Positions 7,399 through 9,620 of a stretch of 9,620 nt of DNA are shown in pieces (the first letter of the stretch is position 1; every line of letters begins with the position of its first letter). The stretch lies in sequence record OY723363.1. One strand, given 5' to 3'. The translations under genes and the position numbers were made by a program. Below the pieces are notes generated by a model that worked only from the letters and a program-made list of their open reading frames with translations, was not told where the DNA came from and did not search any database.

Positions 7399-8170
7399 TA
7401 TACATCATATAGTACCCAAATACCTGCAAGGGCGGATCCTTATGGTTCCCCTTGTACGGATATGCTGTAGTACTAGTGTTAGTGGTACCCATAATGAGTA
7501 CATATTGAGTACTTCATATCATCAAATCATGTGTTTCATGTCATCAAATGCATGCCATTACATGATATCTGGTGATTACTGGATACTCCCTATATACCAT
7601 ATAGTACTCCATACACCTCTGCATGGTGTAATGGTACCCGTACTCCCCATGTACTGTATACCATAGGATACATGGTACTAATGGTGTGTATGGTGTTGTA
7701 CTAGTGGTATTAGATGTGTATACCTACTCATAATGAGTACTTCATGTCATCAAAACACATGATTTCATGTCATCAAATCTATGCAATTACATGATATTCC
7801 GTGTATCTAATGATGTGCTGGATACTCCCTAATGGCCATAATGGCTCCTTAGAGGTATGGGGATACTCCCCGTAGGCCTCTCGGTAGCCTGGTATGCACA
7901 GAGGGACATTCCCTGTGGAGGTGGTCTCCTCAGGTATCCCGTATGCCATATCCTGTCATTAGATGTGTATACCTACTCATTTCATGTCATCAAATCATGT
8001 GTTTTCATGTCATCAAATGCATGCCAATACCATGATATCTGGTGTTACAGGGACTCCTCTAGATACCCATAGTACTCCATATACTCCCGTAATGGTGTAA
8101 TGGTACCCGTAGCCCCCATGTCCTATATACCATAGGATACATGGTCTGCTGGTATGTATCTAGTAGTACT
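7345..8170. repeat. Array of satellite-like monomers (paralogue of 2865-3690)
   Basis: Offset 4480 from 2865-3690. Differences are listed in the findings. Confidence 0.9.
7830..7962. repeat. Conserved module, copy D' (paralogue of D)
   Basis: Identical to 3350-3482 at offset 4480. Confidence 0.9.
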
Positions 8171-8377
8171 CGTTGCCTGTACCCCTCCGAAAGGGTCTAA
8201 ATACACCATTTTAGGGGTCCAAAACACCCATTTTAGGGTCCTAAAAGTGCTCATGGGGGTACCCCCACGAGCCCTTTTTATGACCATTTCTGGGCTTGAT
8301 TTGCGGACCCCTTTTGGGGGATTGAATCACCCGTTTTGGTACCTCCAGAAAGGTGCCAAAAGTGGTCATTTTAGACC

Positions 8378-8630
8378 CCCCTAAATCATGTATTTAGACC
8401 CTTTTGGGGACCTCATACCATGGCACCATCCTCTGAGCACATACCATGTATCTAGAGGATATGGTCTCCATAGGTATCATGAGGGATACCCTACCCTATG
8501 ATATAGGTACCATGCAGAGCATGTGTACTCCTTATAGCATATGTAGTGATCCCCATGGTCTCTAAGGGATCTGGTGATGTCCTGGATATCACCATAATCA
8601 TGTAATTGAGTACATCAAATCATGTGTTTT
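8378..8630. repeat. Internal ~309-bp direct repeat, copy b' (truncated at the 8630 breakpoint)
   Basis: Aligns with 3896-4150. Homology ends at 8630. Confidence 0.85.
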
Positions 8631-9319
8631 GATGACATGATCTGATGCCATGATCTCATGATCTGATGGTATGATGAGTACATACTACTACATACTACTA
8701 GTACATGCATGCCATACCACCATAGTACCACTGTATGGTATGGTACAGGGTTAAGGTGCTATCCCTGAGGATGACCTATTCTGTGCATGCAGATAGTAGT
8801 GTATCTGTTCATAGTACTACTCATACTACTACATCATTCCATACCACCATTGTATCATGTATTCCATACCACCATTGTATACATTGCATGGTATGATGAG
8901 TAGATGTATACATATAGTGTATAGTATCTGTTACAGTGTCTGTGCAGAGTACTAGTACATACTACACTCCTTACATGCTGTAATGCATTAGTGGTAGTGC
9001 AGGATGCTTACTATGTGCAGTAGCAGTACATGGTAGTCACGTAGCAATAGGTACTTGCTGCTGAGCAATGCTATTACTATGATGTATAGGATGCGGTGCA
9101 TGAACAGCTACCTCTACTACTACTATGCATGGTCTTCGTAGACCTTGTATGAGTAGTAGTAGTACTGTATCTGTACCTATCACCTGCTACACGATGGAGG
9201 ACACTACTAGGGTAATGTTAAAGGTCACGTTATCGTCTACTAGTGCATAGTCTCTCCCTTGGTCCCTCACTCCCTGTATGGCAGTGTATAGACCATGTAG
9301 AGATACTATGCACTAATAC
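8631..9319. other. Unique 689-bp segment with no paralogue elsewhere in the window and no ORF of 60 aa or more
   Basis: It follows the 8630 breakpoint and does not align by eye to any other part of the window. It contains only short local repeats: CATACTACTA x2 at 8681-8700, and a 20-mer ATTCCATACCACCATTGTAT at 8836-8855 and 8861-8880. Confidence 0.7.
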
Positions 9320-9620
9320 GATGTGTATACCTGTTCATTAAGTACATCATTAGATACATCAAACCATGTGTTTCATGTCATTAGATGTATCAATACATGA
9401 TACTACTAGTACTCTCTAGATACTCATAGTACTCCATACACCTCTGCAATGGTGGTATGGTACCCGTACTCCCCATGTACTGTATACCATAGGATACATG
9501 GTACTAATGGTGTGTATGCTGTTGTACTAGTGGTATTAGATGTGTATACCTACTCATAATGAGTACTTCATGTCATCAAATCATGTGTTTTCATGTCATC
9601 AAATGCATGCAATATCATGA
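9320..9620. repeat. Satellite-family monomers resuming after the unique segment (runs off the window end)
   Basis: GATGTGTATACC at 9320, variant monomer start CATGTCATTAGATG at 9374, canonical starts at 9569 and 9592. 9430-9560 is near-identical to 4610-4740. Confidence 0.85.

Larger units (their letters stand above)
4744..8630. repeat. Large direct repeat, copy 2 (~3.89 kb; lacks the 84-bp segment of copy 1)
   Basis: Same alignment as for copy 1. Homology starts at CATGTCATCAAATGCATGC (178/4744) and stops after CATGTGTTTT (4150/8630). Confidence 0.95.

Noticed and set aside
7-8384. All ORFs in the supplied six-frame track (61-116 aa) considered as candidate CDS
   Set aside because: They are short and overlap one another on opposite strands. 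They lie inside satellite or duplicated sequence. Their translations are dominated by repeat-derived strings (for example HTYLHTYLHTYLH from the 12-mer repeat) with no domain I recognise. Small indels between the two 99%-identical copies truncate or create ORFs freely (for example 3674-3973 versus 8154-8384, and 6600-6812 exists only in copy 2).
178-8630. Artificial concatemer of a ~4.57-kb circular molecule (plasmid, minicircle or rolling-circle read)
   Set aside because: The copies differ by about 19 substitutions, several indels, an 84-bp indel and a 14-bp inversion. Copy 2 is not followed by the spacer that follows copy 1, and its last part is replaced by unique sequence from 8631.
178-8630. 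Diversity-generating retroelement template/variable repeat pair
   Set aside because: The mismatches are not adenine-specific (most have G in one copy). The repeats are 4 kb long and non-coding. No reverse transcriptase ORF exists.
8637-8670. Hammerhead or C/D-box snoRNA-like boxes (CTGATG strings at 8641 and 8661, ATGATGA at 203-209 and 8669-8675, CTGA at about 8764)
   Set aside because: No CUGAUGA...GAAA hammerhead core arrangement is present. For the C/D-like pair, the nucleotides flanking the boxes do not form the required terminal stem.

Overview
This 9,620-bp window appears to be non-coding and is built almost entirely from nested repeats. No ORF in any frame exceeds 116 aa. The ORFs that exist overlap each other on opposite strands, lie inside repeats, and translate to peptides with no domain I recognise. 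I therefore call no CDS, rRNA, tRNA, CRISPR array or protein-based system.

The dominant structure is a ~4.0-kb block (178-4150) that recurs in direct orientation at 4744-8630, with a period of 4,566 bp. My manual alignment finds about 19 isolated substitutions, five 1-2-bp indels, one 84-bp indel and one exact 14-bp inversion, which is roughly 99% identity.

Each block contains four kinds of element:
- Satellite-like monomers of ~190-230 bp that start with CATGTCATCAAAT and are very rich in the palindromic tetramers CATG and GTAC.
- Segments of G/C runs plus A4/T4 tracts, packed with hairpin-capable inverted repeats (CCAAAA-N6-7-TTTTGG type), GGGGTACCCC-centred palindromes and a degenerate ~22-bp GGGTCCAAAA..CATTTTAGGG motif.
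- A conserved ~130-bp module, present 7 times plus one remnant and always in the same orientation. It has an 8-bp closing helix and internal hairpins, so it is a candidate structured RNA or small non-autonomous element.
- Micro-repeats: (CG)7(TG)2, a 12-mer x3, and a 19-bp imperfect inverted repeat enclosing 107 bp.

Copy 2 ends abruptly at 8630/8631, at an inverted version of the monomer-start motif. It is followed by 689 bp of unique sequence, after which the satellite resumes.

A higher-order repeat of satellite monomers in an ORF desert looks more like eukaryotic heterochromatic or subtelomeric DNA, or some other exotic repeat DNA, than a typical prokaryotic gene neighbourhood. Taxon and function cannot be assigned from the sequence alone.
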